From: Patescibacteria group bacterium
GTDB taxonomy: Bacteria; Patescibacteriota; Minisyncoccia; UBA6257; Colwellbacteraceae
Length of the DNA: 64,000 bases
Direction of reading: 5' to 3'
NCBI GenBank assembly: GCA_023380305.1
Contig: JAMCQZ010000005.1
Coordinates: 14,902-78,901, forward strand
Positions 27,916 to 37,220 of the stretch are shown piece by piece. The notes beneath the pieces are model-generated. The model worked only from the letters and a program-made list of their open reading frames with translations, had not been told where the DNA came from and did no database searches. How positions within the stretch are numbered: the first letter of the stretch is position 1; each line of letters opens with the position of its first letter. The translations under genes and the position numbers were made by a program.

Positions 27916-27954
27916 AAAAAATCTCCTCCCGCGAATCGCGGGAGGAGATTTTTC
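27916..27954. terminator. Strong bidirectional intrinsic terminator
   Basis: A perfect 13-bp stem ATCTCCTCCCGCG/CGCGGGAGGAGAT with a 3-nt loop, flanked by A6 and T5. Confidence 0.8.
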
Positions 27955-27959
27955 AAAGA

Positions 27960-28052
27960 CTATTTCCTCTTTTTAGCCTTCTTAGTTGTCTTCTTGGCCT
28001 TCTTCGCCGTCTTCTTCACCGTCTTTTTGGCCTTCTTAGCTTTTTTAGCCAT
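27960..28052 (-). CDS. 30-aa lysine-rich micro-protein (KKAKK repeats); not in the supplied ORF track
   Basis: Manual translation gives MAKKAKKAKKTVKKTAKKAKKTTKKAKKRK. The stop lies 6 nt before the perfect terminator hairpin and it has its own intergenic region upstream. Confidence 0.4.
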   Translation of the reverse strand: MAKKAKKAKKTVKKTAKKAKKTTKKAKKRK

Positions 28053-28251
28053 TACAGAATTTTTATTCAAGACAAGTTGATAAAAAATTGCCGACCAATC
28101 AATTTCATCAACCTTCAATATAATTTTAGAACAAATGATTTCTAAAAAACATGTGGATAATTTAAATTTTTTCCCATCGCGAAAAAAATTGTTTTTTTCC
28201 GATATATCCGTTAAAAGATCACGCGCGGCGTCGGCCTTATGGGAGCAGTCG

Positions 28252-29238
28252 TTAAATTTTTATTCCTCTACTTTCGTCGATCACCCGGATTTCTTCTTCC
28301 AATTCTATATCGAATTTTTTTCTGATCGATTCTTTGGCTAAAGCGACGAGATAAAGAACGTCTTTAGCGGACGCGTCAGCGACATTGACGATAAAATTGG
28401 GATGCTTTTCGGAAATCATCGCCCCTCCCTTGCGCGCTCCCTTAAGCCCGGCTTCGCTTAGAAGGTGAGCCACGGGCACGACGGGAAACGGATCGGTTTT
28501 GATGACGTCTTTGAAGCCATCGCGAAGCCGCGCGGGAACATCCTCCAGCCTGACGTTTTTAAAAACGCTTCCGGCGGAAGGATACTCGAGCGGCTGCCGC
28601 TCGAGACGGTAGGCAATATGTTCCCGAACGGATTTTTCTATCTCCGCCCGATCGCCCTTTTGGAGACGAACGACAACTTCCAAAATAATTTCATTTCCGG
28701 TCCGCTTAAAAATACTCGAGCGGTAGTCGAAGGCACACTGTTTGTTATCCCGGGAGATGATTTTCCGCGGATCTCGGACGTTGAGGCTCTTCACCTCGAT
28801 CACCGAATCTTTCATTTCGCCGCCGAAAGCGCCGGCGTTCCCAAAAACCGCTCCGCCGATCGTTCCCGGCAAACCGCCAGCCCATTCCAATCCCCGCAAG
28901 CTGTTACGCGCGGCAAGATCGACGACCGTGCTCATCTTTGCTCCGGCTCCGGCCCGCATTTCTCCGACCGAGATCTCCAACGAATCCAGACCAATTTTCA
29001 AAACCAATCCCGCGAAACCTTCATCTGAAAACAAAACATTGTTCCCTCCGGCCAAAACGAAAAGAGGGCATCCTTTCTGTTTCCAAAAATCGAGCGCTTC
29101 TTGAATCTCGGCGACGGTTTTGGCTTCGGCAAAATAACGGGCCGGGCCGCCGATTTTGTAGCTCGCATGATTTTTTAAAGGGATATTCTCCTGAATAACC
29201 ATTATGTATAGTGTCCAGCCGATCAACCAAAAAGTCAA
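28252..29238 (-). CDS. murB: UDP-N-acetylenolpyruvoylglucosamine reductase MurB
   Basis: An FAD-binding domain (AKIGGPA..., FVLAGGNNVLF) plus a C-terminal MurB domain. The true start is probably Met13 (about 29202). Confidence 0.85.
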   Translation of the reverse strand: MTFWLIGWTLYIMVIQENIPLKNHASYKIGGPARYFAEAKTVAEIQEALDFWKQKGCPLFVLAGGNNVLFSDEGFAGLVLKIGLDSLEISVGEMRAGAGAKMSTVVDLAARNSLRGLEWAGGLPGTIGGAVFGNAGAFGGEMKDSVIEVKSLNVRDPRKIISRDNKQCAFDYRSSIFKRTGNEIILEVVVRLQKGDRAEIEKSVREHIAYRLERQPLEYPSAGSVFKNVRLEDVPARLRDGFKDVIKTDPFPVVPVAHLLSEAGLKGARKGGAMISEKHPNFIVNVADASAKDVLYLVALAKESIRKKFDIELEEEIRVIDESRGIKI

Positions 29239-29342
29239 AATCGGGCCGACCGTTCGGATTTACAGATACGAAAAGAGCGGCAGTGGTGACCTCGTGTAAG
29301 ACTATTTGTTTTAGCGAGTGCTCGTCCTGCCGCTCCGCTCAA

Positions 29343-30014
29343 TTATAACCCAAAGCTGTGTTCCCGAAAATTTATCGTGTGGATAAACCCGATTTTATCC
29401 TTCGGCTCTTTGATCTTCATGCCCCCGAATCCGGAATCGGCAATCGTATCCATAATCTCTCGCGCTTGGTACTCACTCGGGGCCGATGATAAAATCCTGA
29501 TTTCAAAATTCGCCCCGGGCAACCGCGGTGCATGAACAACCTGAACAACCGCCCCTTCTCCAACCTCATTCACTTTGGAAAAATCTATCTTGCCAAAATC
29601 AATCCCGCGGATATCTTTATCGGACGCCGGCGTCACCGCCTTCGCCAAGGTTACGCCCGAATAATTAAAAAGCTCGTAATCCTCCACTTCCCCGCATTTG
29701 GCATCCGGCAAAATTTTTTTTAAAAACACCAGCGCTCGGTTCAGCTCGGATTTCGGGACGATCAAATAATAATTAACCTCTTTGCCAAGGTGGTGCACCG
29801 CGACCTCGACGGCGGCCCTAAAATTGATTTTCCCCATGATTTCAGCCACGGCCCTTCCGCCGTTATCAGAAACAATTTCTATCACCTTTAATTCATGGTT
29901 CTCGATGAAAAGCCGATGAAATAACACCCGGAACAACGGATACAACAACAAGGCGAAAATCAACGCCAATCCGATAATGAGCGCGATCATCGGCAACAAA
30001 GCTATAAATGCCAT
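29343..30014 (-). CDS. Membrane-anchored hypothetical protein
   Basis: Has an N-terminal transmembrane helix. A long hairpin, GAGCGGCAG...CTGCCGCTC, follows at 29284-29340. Confidence 0.45.
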   Translation of the reverse strand: MAFIALLPMIALIIGLALIFALLLYPLFRVLFHRLFIENHELKVIEIVSDNGGRAVAEIMGKINFRAAVEVAVHHLGKEVNYYLIVPKSELNRALVFLKKILPDAKCGEVEDYELFNYSGVTLAKAVTPASDKDIRGIDFGKIDFSKVNEVGEGAVVQVVHAPRLPGANFEIRILSSAPSEYQAREIMDTIADSGFGGMKIKEPKDKIGFIHTINFREHSFGL

Positions 30015-30096
30015 GATATATATTATACAACATCCGTCCGCCGATATCCGAAAAATCCGCCCATCGAGGGCGGATTCCGGAAATCTCGATATAAAA

Positions 30097-30531
30097 TTAT
30101 TCTCCGGAAGGCGCGGGCGCTTGCGTCTCTCCCGCGGTTCCGCCGGTCATCGGCTGCCTTGCGGTCGGATTTTTCAAGAAGGCGGCCACCTGTCCAGATC
30201 GGTCAAGCCTAACCGTCCAGATGACATGCTCGCGGTTCAAAATCAGTCTGTCTTCCGGCGACCAGCGCAAATCCGTGAATTTCACCACGCTATAAGGATT
30301 TTCTTGGTTTCCAGTTTGTCTCAAGTACCAAACATCTCTCAACTGGAGACACGGGAAATAACTCAATTTCCCAAAGTAAACGTCTCCGGTTTCGATAGCC
30401 ACGGCGTAGTAGTTGGCCCACGAAGTAAGCGGCCACAGCCACATGCCAAGACAAACAAAAACGACTATGACGATGGCGGCAATGATATATTTGGTTGCTT
30501 TTTTCATGCCCTTATTAGAACGACTCCTCAT
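30097..30531 (-). CDS. Membrane-anchored hypothetical protein
   Basis: 144 aa with a single N-terminal transmembrane helix. Confidence 0.45.
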   Translation of the reverse strand: MRSRSNKGMKKATKYIIAAIVIVVFVCLGMWLWPLTSWANYYAVAIETGDVYFGKLSYFPCLQLRDVWYLRQTGNQENPYSVVKFTDLRWSPEDRLILNREHVIWTVRLDRSGQVAAFLKNPTARQPMTGGTAGETQAPAPSGE

Positions 30532-30610
30532 TGTGTTTAAAATCTGTCCGACTGTTTTTTATCGACGTTATAATAATTTTAACCCTTCGGCGCAGAACGT
30601 CAAATCAAAA

Positions 30611-30844
30611 TTATTTTTTCCCCTTGGAGCCCGCGATTATAATGGCGCCGGTCGGACAAAATCTCGCGGCTTCTTCGATACAAGAGTCGTCGGTTTCCGC
30701 CGTCGCGACTTCTTTATCTTTTTTCCCGCTTTTTTTCAAAGTCGGCTCCGACGTTTTCGAACTCCATCCGAAGACGCCCGGACAGATGTTGGCGCATAAT
30801 CCGCAACGCGCGCATTTTTTATAATCCAAAGAAACTTTTTTCAT
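30611..30844 (-). CDS. porD: 4Fe-4S ferredoxin; probable delta subunit of the 2-oxoacid:ferredoxin oxidoreductase
   Basis: Two Cys clusters, CARCGLCANICP and CIEEAARFCPTGAI. It lies directly downstream of the beta subunit. Confidence 0.7.
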   Translation of the reverse strand: MKKVSLDYKKCARCGLCANICPGVFGWSSKTSEPTLKKSGKKDKEVATAETDDSCIEEAARFCPTGAIIIAGSKGKK

Positions 30845-30847
30845 AAA

Positions 30848-31621
30848 TTATCTCCGCTTTTTGGTTCCCGTCTTCAAAAGACCGAGGTTTTCTTCAAGGG
30901 TCGGCCTCGTTTTTTTTCGGAAGACGCCCGTTTTGATCTTCGACTCCGATTTTTCTCCAAAATCGGCCACCGAGACGGTTTGGCCCCGCCTTCTTTCAAT
31001 ATTCTTTCGAAGCCACTCGGCATTGTTATTATAAGACAAACACGGCTCGATTATATCCACCAAGGAAAATCCCTTGTGGTTGATAGCTGCCTTAATGGTA
31101 GATTGAAGACTCGCAAGATCAAAGGTAGTTTCTCGGCCGACGAACGACGCTTTGCTCGCCAAAGCCATGGCAATCGGGTTTAAATCCGAATTCCCGATCA
31201 GCAATCGGTTGGTTGGCGTCGCCTGACCCTTGGTTAAAGCCAAAACGCCGTTATTTAAAACGATGGCCGTGATATCAGGATTCATCCGGCCGCTGGCCGC
31301 CAAGTGGTTGACTCCTTCGCTATAGGTGCCACCGTCTCCGGCAATGGCGATGACCGTCAGTTTCGGATTACCGAGCTTGACACCGACAGCAATCGGAATG
31401 GCTCGGCCGTGCAGCCCGTAAAAAGCGTTCAGATTTAAATAATCGTACATCTTCCCGCCGCAACCAATATCGGTGACTATCACCACGTCCCGCTTGAGGA
31501 TCTTTTTCGAAGCAATCAGATCCTCGAGGGCGGACTTCAGGGCATAAAGCACGACGTTGTTCGGACACCCCGGGCACCACGTTATCGGCATTTTGGAATT
31601 CAAGCTTTCTTTCTTATTCAT
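30848..31621 (-). CDS. porB: 2-oxoacid:ferredoxin oxidoreductase beta subunit (TPP-binding)
   Basis: ITWCPGCPNN, GCGG and a GDGG TPP motif. The gene overlaps the alpha gene. Confidence 0.8.
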   Translation of the reverse strand: MNKKESLNSKMPITWCPGCPNNVVLYALKSALEDLIASKKILKRDVVIVTDIGCGGKMYDYLNLNAFYGLHGRAIPIAVGVKLGNPKLTVIAIAGDGGTYSEGVNHLAASGRMNPDITAIVLNNGVLALTKGQATPTNRLLIGNSDLNPIAMALASKASFVGRETTFDLASLQSTIKAAINHKGFSLVDIIEPCLSYNNNAEWLRKNIERRRGQTVSVADFGEKSESKIKTGVFRKKTRPTLEENLGLLKTGTKKRR

Positions 31622-33260
31622 GTCGATTTATCGCTTTCAATCTTTTTACAATTTCATCCGCCGTAAACGGCCGACCGCCGTTTTTTAATATCTTATCCCC
31701 GATTTCGATTCCCGTCTTCTCTTTGATGACCTGGCCCAAAAGCCCGGTGGAATTGTTTTCAACCAGGATTGTTTTTCTCGCTTTGCGCATGATCTTCTTC
31801 ACCTTATCAACCGGGAAAGGTGCGACATAGGTAATCTGCAAAAAAGAATAATCCGGAAGCTCTCTTAAAGCGTCGATGATCGCGCCCTTCACCGATCCCC
31901 AGCCGACAATCAAATTCTTTCCCTTGCCATAAACGCGATACGGCTGCAATTTGGCAATCTCTCCCTCCAAAAATTTTCTCTTTTTCCAACGCTTCGCGTC
32001 CATCGCCACGATGGTTTTTGGATCTTCGGTCGTCAACCCTTCTTCGTCGTGTTCGTAACTCGTAACCCGGACCACTTGGTTTTGGCCCGGCGCGAGGCGT
32101 GGACTAACGCCGTTCCGAGTCACGGCGTAGCTCTTATAGTCGGCTCCCGATGCCGTCAAAAATTTTTCCGGCCTTACCAAAAAAGGCGAGGGTTTGAAAT
32201 TGTAATAGCTTTCGGCTAAATGTTTGTCCGTCAAAATCACCACCGGCAGGCGATATTTATAAGCCAGATAAAAAGCTTCGGCTGTCCGGTTGTATGCTTC
32301 ATCCGCGTCCCCGGGCGCGACAACCACGCGCGGAAACTCTCCGTGGCCGATATTCAAAGCGAATTTCAAATCTCCCTGGCTTGTGTAGGTGGGGACGCCG
32401 GTGGAAGGGCCAAGTCGTTCGGCCCAATAAAGGACCAGCGGCAACTCGGACATAGCCGCCAAACTGAAAGATTCAGCCATCAGGGCCGCTCCCTCTCCAG
32501 AAGTAGCCACAGCGGTCATCGCTCCACCAAAAGTCGCTCCCAAGGAATTATTGATGGCGGCGATTTCGTCTTCCGGCTGATGGACGACTACCCGGTTACC
32601 CTGTCTCAACTCGTCGACAAAGCCGGTCGCCGGCGTGATCGGATAAGCAAAACAAAGCTCGAGCCCGGATTCGACCGCGGCTCGGGCCGCGGCCTGGTTT
32701 CCGGTTGATAACCGCAATTTCTGCAACCGCGGCTTGAACCAAAACCTTTTATCGTTCCACGCGCCGTAGCCTTTTTTTAAAGCCTCCCGAGCCACGACCG
32801 CGTCAAATTTAGAAAATTGTTTTGACAAGATTTTCCATCCCGAATGCCAGTCCAACCCAAAAGATTTCAAGACAGCGCCTATAAAAACATTATTGCCGAA
32901 AGAACGCTTGATATTTTTCCGGGCGGCGAACTCATCGGCCCCCACGGAGATGATATTCCCGGTCGGTTTCCGATCGCCGTTGTTTACAAAAATCAAGCCG
33001 TCCGGCTTCAAAAACTTGATGTGTTTGCGGAGCGCGACATCGTCCAGGGCGACGATCACATCGAAATTTTCTTCATGGGAAAAAACCGGATCGGAAGAAA
33101 CGGTAACCACGCTGAAATTGTGGCCTCCCTTGATAAAGGAACCGTAATCACGATAGATAAAACAATAATAGCCGCAAGAAGAGAATATCTCTCCGATCAG
33201 AGCCGCCGTCTTGTCGGTTCCCCGTCCGGCCTCTCCTCCAACCAAAACAGATCGCTTCAT
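31614..33260 (-). CDS. porA: 2-oxoacid:ferredoxin oxidoreductase fused gamma-alpha subunit
   Basis: The N-terminal ~170 aa look like the gamma subunit (GGEAGRGTDKTAALIGE...) and are followed by the alpha subunit domains. Confidence 0.75.
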   Translation of the reverse strand: MKRSVLVGGEAGRGTDKTAALIGEIFSSCGYYCFIYRDYGSFIKGGHNFSVVTVSSDPVFSHEENFDVIVALDDVALRKHIKFLKPDGLIFVNNGDRKPTGNIISVGADEFAARKNIKRSFGNNVFIGAVLKSFGLDWHSGWKILSKQFSKFDAVVAREALKKGYGAWNDKRFWFKPRLQKLRLSTGNQAAARAAVESGLELCFAYPITPATGFVDELRQGNRVVVHQPEDEIAAINNSLGATFGGAMTAVATSGEGAALMAESFSLAAMSELPLVLYWAERLGPSTGVPTYTSQGDLKFALNIGHGEFPRVVVAPGDADEAYNRTAEAFYLAYKYRLPVVILTDKHLAESYYNFKPSPFLVRPEKFLTASGADYKSYAVTRNGVSPRLAPGQNQVVRVTSYEHDEEGLTTEDPKTIVAMDAKRWKKRKFLEGEIAKLQPYRVYGKGKNLIVGWGSVKGAIIDALRELPDYSFLQITYVAPFPVDKVKKIMRKARKTILVENNSTGLLGQVIKEKTGIEIGDKILKNGGRPFTADEIVKRLKAINRHE

Positions 33261-33295
33261 GATTGTCTAAAGCTAACAGAAATATTGGATTAGGT

Positions 33296-33865
33296 CTACC
33301 GGGCGGGGAGGCTCGGTGTAGGAATCATAAACCTTATCTTATGGATCAGACAGCTGGCCCCCTCTAAAATTGACAAATTATTATTGACTGTCAGATCAGC
33401 CACCACTTGATCATTGACTTTTAGATCCGCGAAAACAATCGATTTTTCTTTATTAGTGGCCGGATCAAAAGCAGCGATGACGGCGTCTTTCTCTAAATCG
33501 CAAGTGACATCGACGCTTTCTGTCTTGGGATTGACAAAGATGCTCGCCAATTTGATAGCTATGGTGATTTTCGTCGGTAATTTTTCGCCGGCGATGTTTT
33601 TAATCGGTCCCTCGATCAAATACGGCGAATAAGTGGCAACTAATTTCTGACCGGATGAGGAAAAAATAGGAACAGTTGTTGTCGTAGGAACCGGTGTCTT
33701 AAGATCCGGAAGCTTTATTTTAAAACTGTCCAGGACGAAAAAGGTGATCCCGGTCGCGACGATAACCAATAAAACAATTAATAAAATCGTGGAATTTTTA
33801 GGCATACGCATATGATTAAAATCCTTAGTTCTTTTATATTTTGACCTTGTTTTAATTATACACAA
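33296..33865 (-). CDS. Membrane-anchored hypothetical protein; last gene of the rSAM block
   Basis: Transmembrane helix ILLIVLLVIVATGITFFVL. The start is probably MRMPKNS at about 33811; TATAAT and AAGGA elements lie upstream. Confidence 0.45.
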   Translation of the reverse strand: MCIIKTRSKYKRTKDFNHMRMPKNSTILLIVLLVIVATGITFFVLDSFKIKLPDLKTPVPTTTTVPIFSSSGQKLVATYSPYLIEGPIKNIAGEKLPTKITIAIKLASIFVNPKTESVDVTCDLEKDAVIAAFDPATNKEKSIVFADLKVNDQVVADLTVNNNLSILEGASCLIHKIRFMIPTPSLPAR

Positions 33866-35014
33866 TTACCCCAAAAATTGCATTAAAAGGGCTATCAAAG
33901 AACTGCGCGTCGACATGCAGATTAGAGCGGCTAAAAGCATATAGGGAGCAAAGGGGAAAGTTTTATAAATCTGTACTGTTATTTCCGGCTCTCCCGTGGG
34001 TATGGCGGCCAACGCCGTCACCTCGGCAGCGCTCAGCCCTTCCGGACCCCACGATCCCGAATTATCGCCCTGGTTAACGGCTGATAATTTTTCCTTGATA
34101 AGTGGTTCGGCAGAGGGACAAGGCATATCGCCCCTTTTAAGACACCTTAGCGGAACCGTCGAAATTTCTCTAGTCTGTATATAAAAAGCGATAGCCTGTT
34201 TGATAACCCTAAAGACAATCCACATAATCAATACCATCTGCACGAAGGAGAAGACTATCCCCCACTTGCCGAGCCAACCATAGTAGCCGATATAAACCAA
34301 GGGAATGGCGACGATCATCTTATCCAACCACTTGTTTTTTTTCAGATAATCCATCGCTTTTCTGAACAAAATCGCCATAGAGAAAAAAATGAATAGCGGG
34401 TTGGAAAATAGGGACTCAAATACTGTACCACTAAACGCTTTGGAAATTATTTGAAAAAAGGCGAACATCATAAAAAACATCATCAAAGAACTACCCAACT
34501 CTTTCAGTCGAAAAATGCGGGTCTTTCTTTTCTCCTCCAGAGATGATTTTTCATCAACGCGATGGTCAATCCGACGGAATCTTGTAAAATCTTGAAAATA
34601 AATAATCCCCGCTTTTAATACCAAAATGGCCAAAAGGGGAATAAAAAGATTGATCAATAGATTTATCGAAGGAAAAAATTTTATAAAACTGGCCGAATAA
34701 AATTTAAGGGGCATCAAAGCGGCGTAAACCATAAACAGCTTGGCGTCCCCTGCGGACCATAATTTTTTATCCCATAAAACGTAACCTACGACAATCGCCA
34801 AAGCGGCGTTTGATAAAACTTCAGACACATAATGGCTATTTTCCGGAAGACCGATAAAAAAATAGTTGTACAAAAAGACGAATATATAAGAAATCATCGC
34901 GCAACCTAATCCCGCGATAATTATCTTGTTAGGAATTCTGTTGTATCTGATATCCGTGTAAGCGCAGACGAGGCCTATTAAAAACATCAGCGCTATAAAA
35001 AACGCGTCTATCAT
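33866..35014 (-). CDS. A24-family (prepilin-peptidase-like) polytopic aspartic membrane protease homolog
   Basis: The first Asp motif is in YTDIRYNRIPNKIII and the second is in WSAGDAKLFMVYAAL, which resembles the GGDxKL motif. There are more than 8 transmembrane helices and a C-terminal extension. The gene overlaps rSAM-1 by 4 nt. Confidence 0.55.
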   Translation of the reverse strand: MIDAFFIALMFLIGLVCAYTDIRYNRIPNKIIIAGLGCAMISYIFVFLYNYFFIGLPENSHYVSEVLSNAALAIVVGYVLWDKKLWSAGDAKLFMVYAALMPLKFYSASFIKFFPSINLLINLFIPLLAILVLKAGIIYFQDFTRFRRIDHRVDEKSSLEEKRKTRIFRLKELGSSLMMFFMMFAFFQIISKAFSGTVFESLFSNPLFIFFSMAILFRKAMDYLKKNKWLDKMIVAIPLVYIGYYGWLGKWGIVFSFVQMVLIMWIVFRVIKQAIAFYIQTREISTVPLRCLKRGDMPCPSAEPLIKEKLSAVNQGDNSGSWGPEGLSAAEVTALAAIPTGEPEITVQIYKTFPFAPYMLLAALICMSTRSSLIALLMQFLG

Positions 35015-35958
35015 GATTTGGATGTGTTTTTGACGGCGACGATCGGATGATAAATAAAATCTTGGCCTCGGCTCATTTTAAAAGCGCCCATCGACGACCT
35101 GATCGGCTCAAACTCTTTATCTCCGATAAGTCGAAGATAATCATTATGAATCCCCATGCAATATTTCTTGTATAAACAGGTGGAACATTTTTTAGGAAAA
35201 GAGACTTCTGTAGCCGGTAAGGTCCGCCAGGCATGTGGCCAAAGATCCGACGGCAAGGCGCAAAGAGGAAAATGGTACAATCGAAGATCGTTGATTTTGA
35301 CGGCCCACTTGCGGATGCTTTTGGCCACCTCGGACTCGACATCCTGATAGGTTATCCCCACCCGCTTCAGATGATCCCCACACTGGCCCTCTAATTCATG
35401 AAAAATTAACACGACCGCGTTCAATCCCCTGAAACTCTTATAGATAAATTCCAATAAACCATCAAGTTTTTTGTAATTTTGTTTAATAATGACCGTCCTT
35501 GTCTCCACAAAATGACTATCGTTTCTGAAGCGCAAAATATTTTTCAATCCTTGAACAGCCTGGGGAAAACCACCTTTAACGCCGGTTATCTCGTCGTACA
35601 GTGCCGGCGTGTGACCGTGCATGGCGATTTCCAACTTTAAGTTTTCGACGGCTAAAACTTTTTTAGCAAAATCATCGTATGCGAACATCCGGCCGTTGGA
35701 AACGCAAACGATTTCGTTATCCGGAAATTCTTTCCTAATCCAATTTAAAAGTTGGACAAACTGCGGAACAATCGTCGGTTCTCCGCCGGTCAAATTAATT
35801 GATTCTCTGCTTTTAAAAAGTCGATCCGCGCAGTCTTCGATGCGCTTGATTAATTGATTATAACCGTAAGCGCGGCTATCTCGCGGATTATTGAACTCGG
35901 CGGGATTGGAGCACATTACGCACCGGTTGTTGCATCGATTCGTTATGCAAAACTCCAT
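35011..35958 (-). CDS. Radical SAM enzyme with a C-terminal SPASM/twitch-like Cys cluster (rSAM-1)
   Basis: CITNRCNNRCVMC matches the CxxxCxxC radical-SAM motif. The C-terminal Cys cluster is CALPSD...CSTCLYKKYCMG. Confidence 0.8.
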   Translation of the reverse strand: MEFCITNRCNNRCVMCSNPAEFNNPRDSRAYGYNQLIKRIEDCADRLFKSRESINLTGGEPTIVPQFVQLLNWIRKEFPDNEIVCVSNGRMFAYDDFAKKVLAVENLKLEIAMHGHTPALYDEITGVKGGFPQAVQGLKNILRFRNDSHFVETRTVIIKQNYKKLDGLLEFIYKSFRGLNAVVLIFHELEGQCGDHLKRVGITYQDVESEVAKSIRKWAVKINDLRLYHFPLCALPSDLWPHAWRTLPATEVSFPKKCSTCLYKKYCMGIHNDYLRLIGDKEFEPIRSSMGAFKMSRGQDFIYHPIVAVKNTSKS

Positions 35959-35970
35959 CTTACCGGATGA

Positions 35971-36213
35971 TTAAAAATTTACTTCTGAGGCGTCCTTATA
36001 TTCGGCTATCTCGGCCAAAGTGACTTCATAACGACGGGCTTGATCTAAAAGTTCTTCCCGAGCCTTGCGTTTGGCTTCCGCTATGTTGTCCGCCCACACC
36101 CAACCGACCACCTCGAAATGCTCTTTGCTTCTATAAGTGACGATATAAGTTTTTTCTCCTTTGTTTTTATTTTTTTTAGCGTTCATGCTTACGGTTTGTA
36201 TTATAAGCATCAA
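35971..36213 (-). CDS. Small hypothetical protein nested between rSAM-1 and rSAM-2
   Basis: The 80-aa ORF has a probable start at MNAKKNKNK near 36186. Confidence 0.35.
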   Translation of the reverse strand: MMLIIQTVSMNAKKNKNKGEKTYIVTYRSKEHFEVVGWVWADNIAEAKRKAREELLDQARRYEVTLAEIAEYKDASEVNF

Positions 36214-37180
36214 GCATCTTTTTTTGCTCGACGCTGATTTTTTTAACGGGCGACAATTCTTGATCGCCGTAATGCTTTAGATATTCGACCCATATACCCT
36301 CGCAGGCATTATACAATGCGCACCCGCCACAACGCAAAGTCTTTTTCCGAGCCCACTTTTTCCTCGATTCCAAAGCATCAAAATCAACAAAATCTTGGGC
36401 GATGTGTTCGGTATTGAAGGTTTTTGTTTCGTGCAACTCGCTGATTCGATTCAAATAATCAGGAAAATGGCAAAGCGGCACGTATCTTATATCCCAATGG
36501 AGCACATCCTTTTTCCCCCCGAGATCGAGGCATTTTCGGATATAAGGCGCCGCTTCGGATATTTTGGGAACCAGTTCCTCGAAATAACGTTTGGCTCCGC
36601 CTTCGTTGCAATCGACAAAAATGAATTCGGAATCAACGATGCCGTGGTTTAAAATAAATTTCCCTATCTGGGGCAGATAACGATAATTCTGTTTGACAAT
36701 AGTCGTGTTCGAACCGAAATGAAAATTAATTTGTTTCCGCTTAATAATTTCTTGAAGATTCGTCAACCCTTTTTTGAGCTGTTCGAAACTCCCCGGGGCT
36801 TGTGTCAGATAATCATGAATCTCCGGCTTGTGCCCGTGAATAGAAAAAACGACGCTGTTAAGACCGGCTTCCACAAGTTTTTTGGCGACCGATTTATAGG
36901 AAAACATCCGGCCGTTGGTCGCGATCATAATCGTATGAAAACCGATTTTTTTCGCAAAACCGACGATGTCGGGAAAGTCCGGTCTCATCGTCGTTTCCCC
37001 GCCGATGAGTTCGAGATAAACCGTGCCCCTCTTTTTGGCGGCGAATATTTCTTTTTTGATTTCATGCGTCGGTCTGACGGGCATACTCCTTTTGTCCTGT
37101 TCCATGCAAAACCGGCAATGATTATTGCAGGCATAACCCACGAAGATGACGCTTTTGGAGATTTTGCTTTCTTTCCTCAT
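36176..37180 (-). CDS. Radical SAM/SPASM-like enzyme (rSAM-2)
   Basis: GYACNNHCRFC, and C-terminal CGGCALYNACEGIW. The track ORF extends to 37342, and the start was trimmed to MRKESK to limit overlap with the upstream gene. Confidence 0.75.
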   Translation of the reverse strand: MRKESKISKSVIFVGYACNNHCRFCMEQDKRSMPVRPTHEIKKEIFAAKKRGTVYLELIGGETTMRPDFPDIVGFAKKIGFHTIMIATNGRMFSYKSVAKKLVEAGLNSVVFSIHGHKPEIHDYLTQAPGSFEQLKKGLTNLQEIIKRKQINFHFGSNTTIVKQNYRYLPQIGKFILNHGIVDSEFIFVDCNEGGAKRYFEELVPKISEAAPYIRKCLDLGGKKDVLHWDIRYVPLCHFPDYLNRISELHETKTFNTEHIAQDFVDFDALESRKKWARKKTLRCGGCALYNACEGIWVEYLKHYGDQELSPVKKISVEQKKMLDAYNTNRKHER

Positions 37181-37220
37181 TTTGATTCTATAAAAAGCCT
37201 GGGTGTCGACTATATTCCGG

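Noticed and set aside
27811-28080. 89-aa + strand ORF encoding FLAFLVVFLAFF-type low-complexity sequence
   Set aside because: It is the antisense mirror of the KKAKK micro-ORF and runs across the strong terminator hairpin, so it is implausible as a gene.
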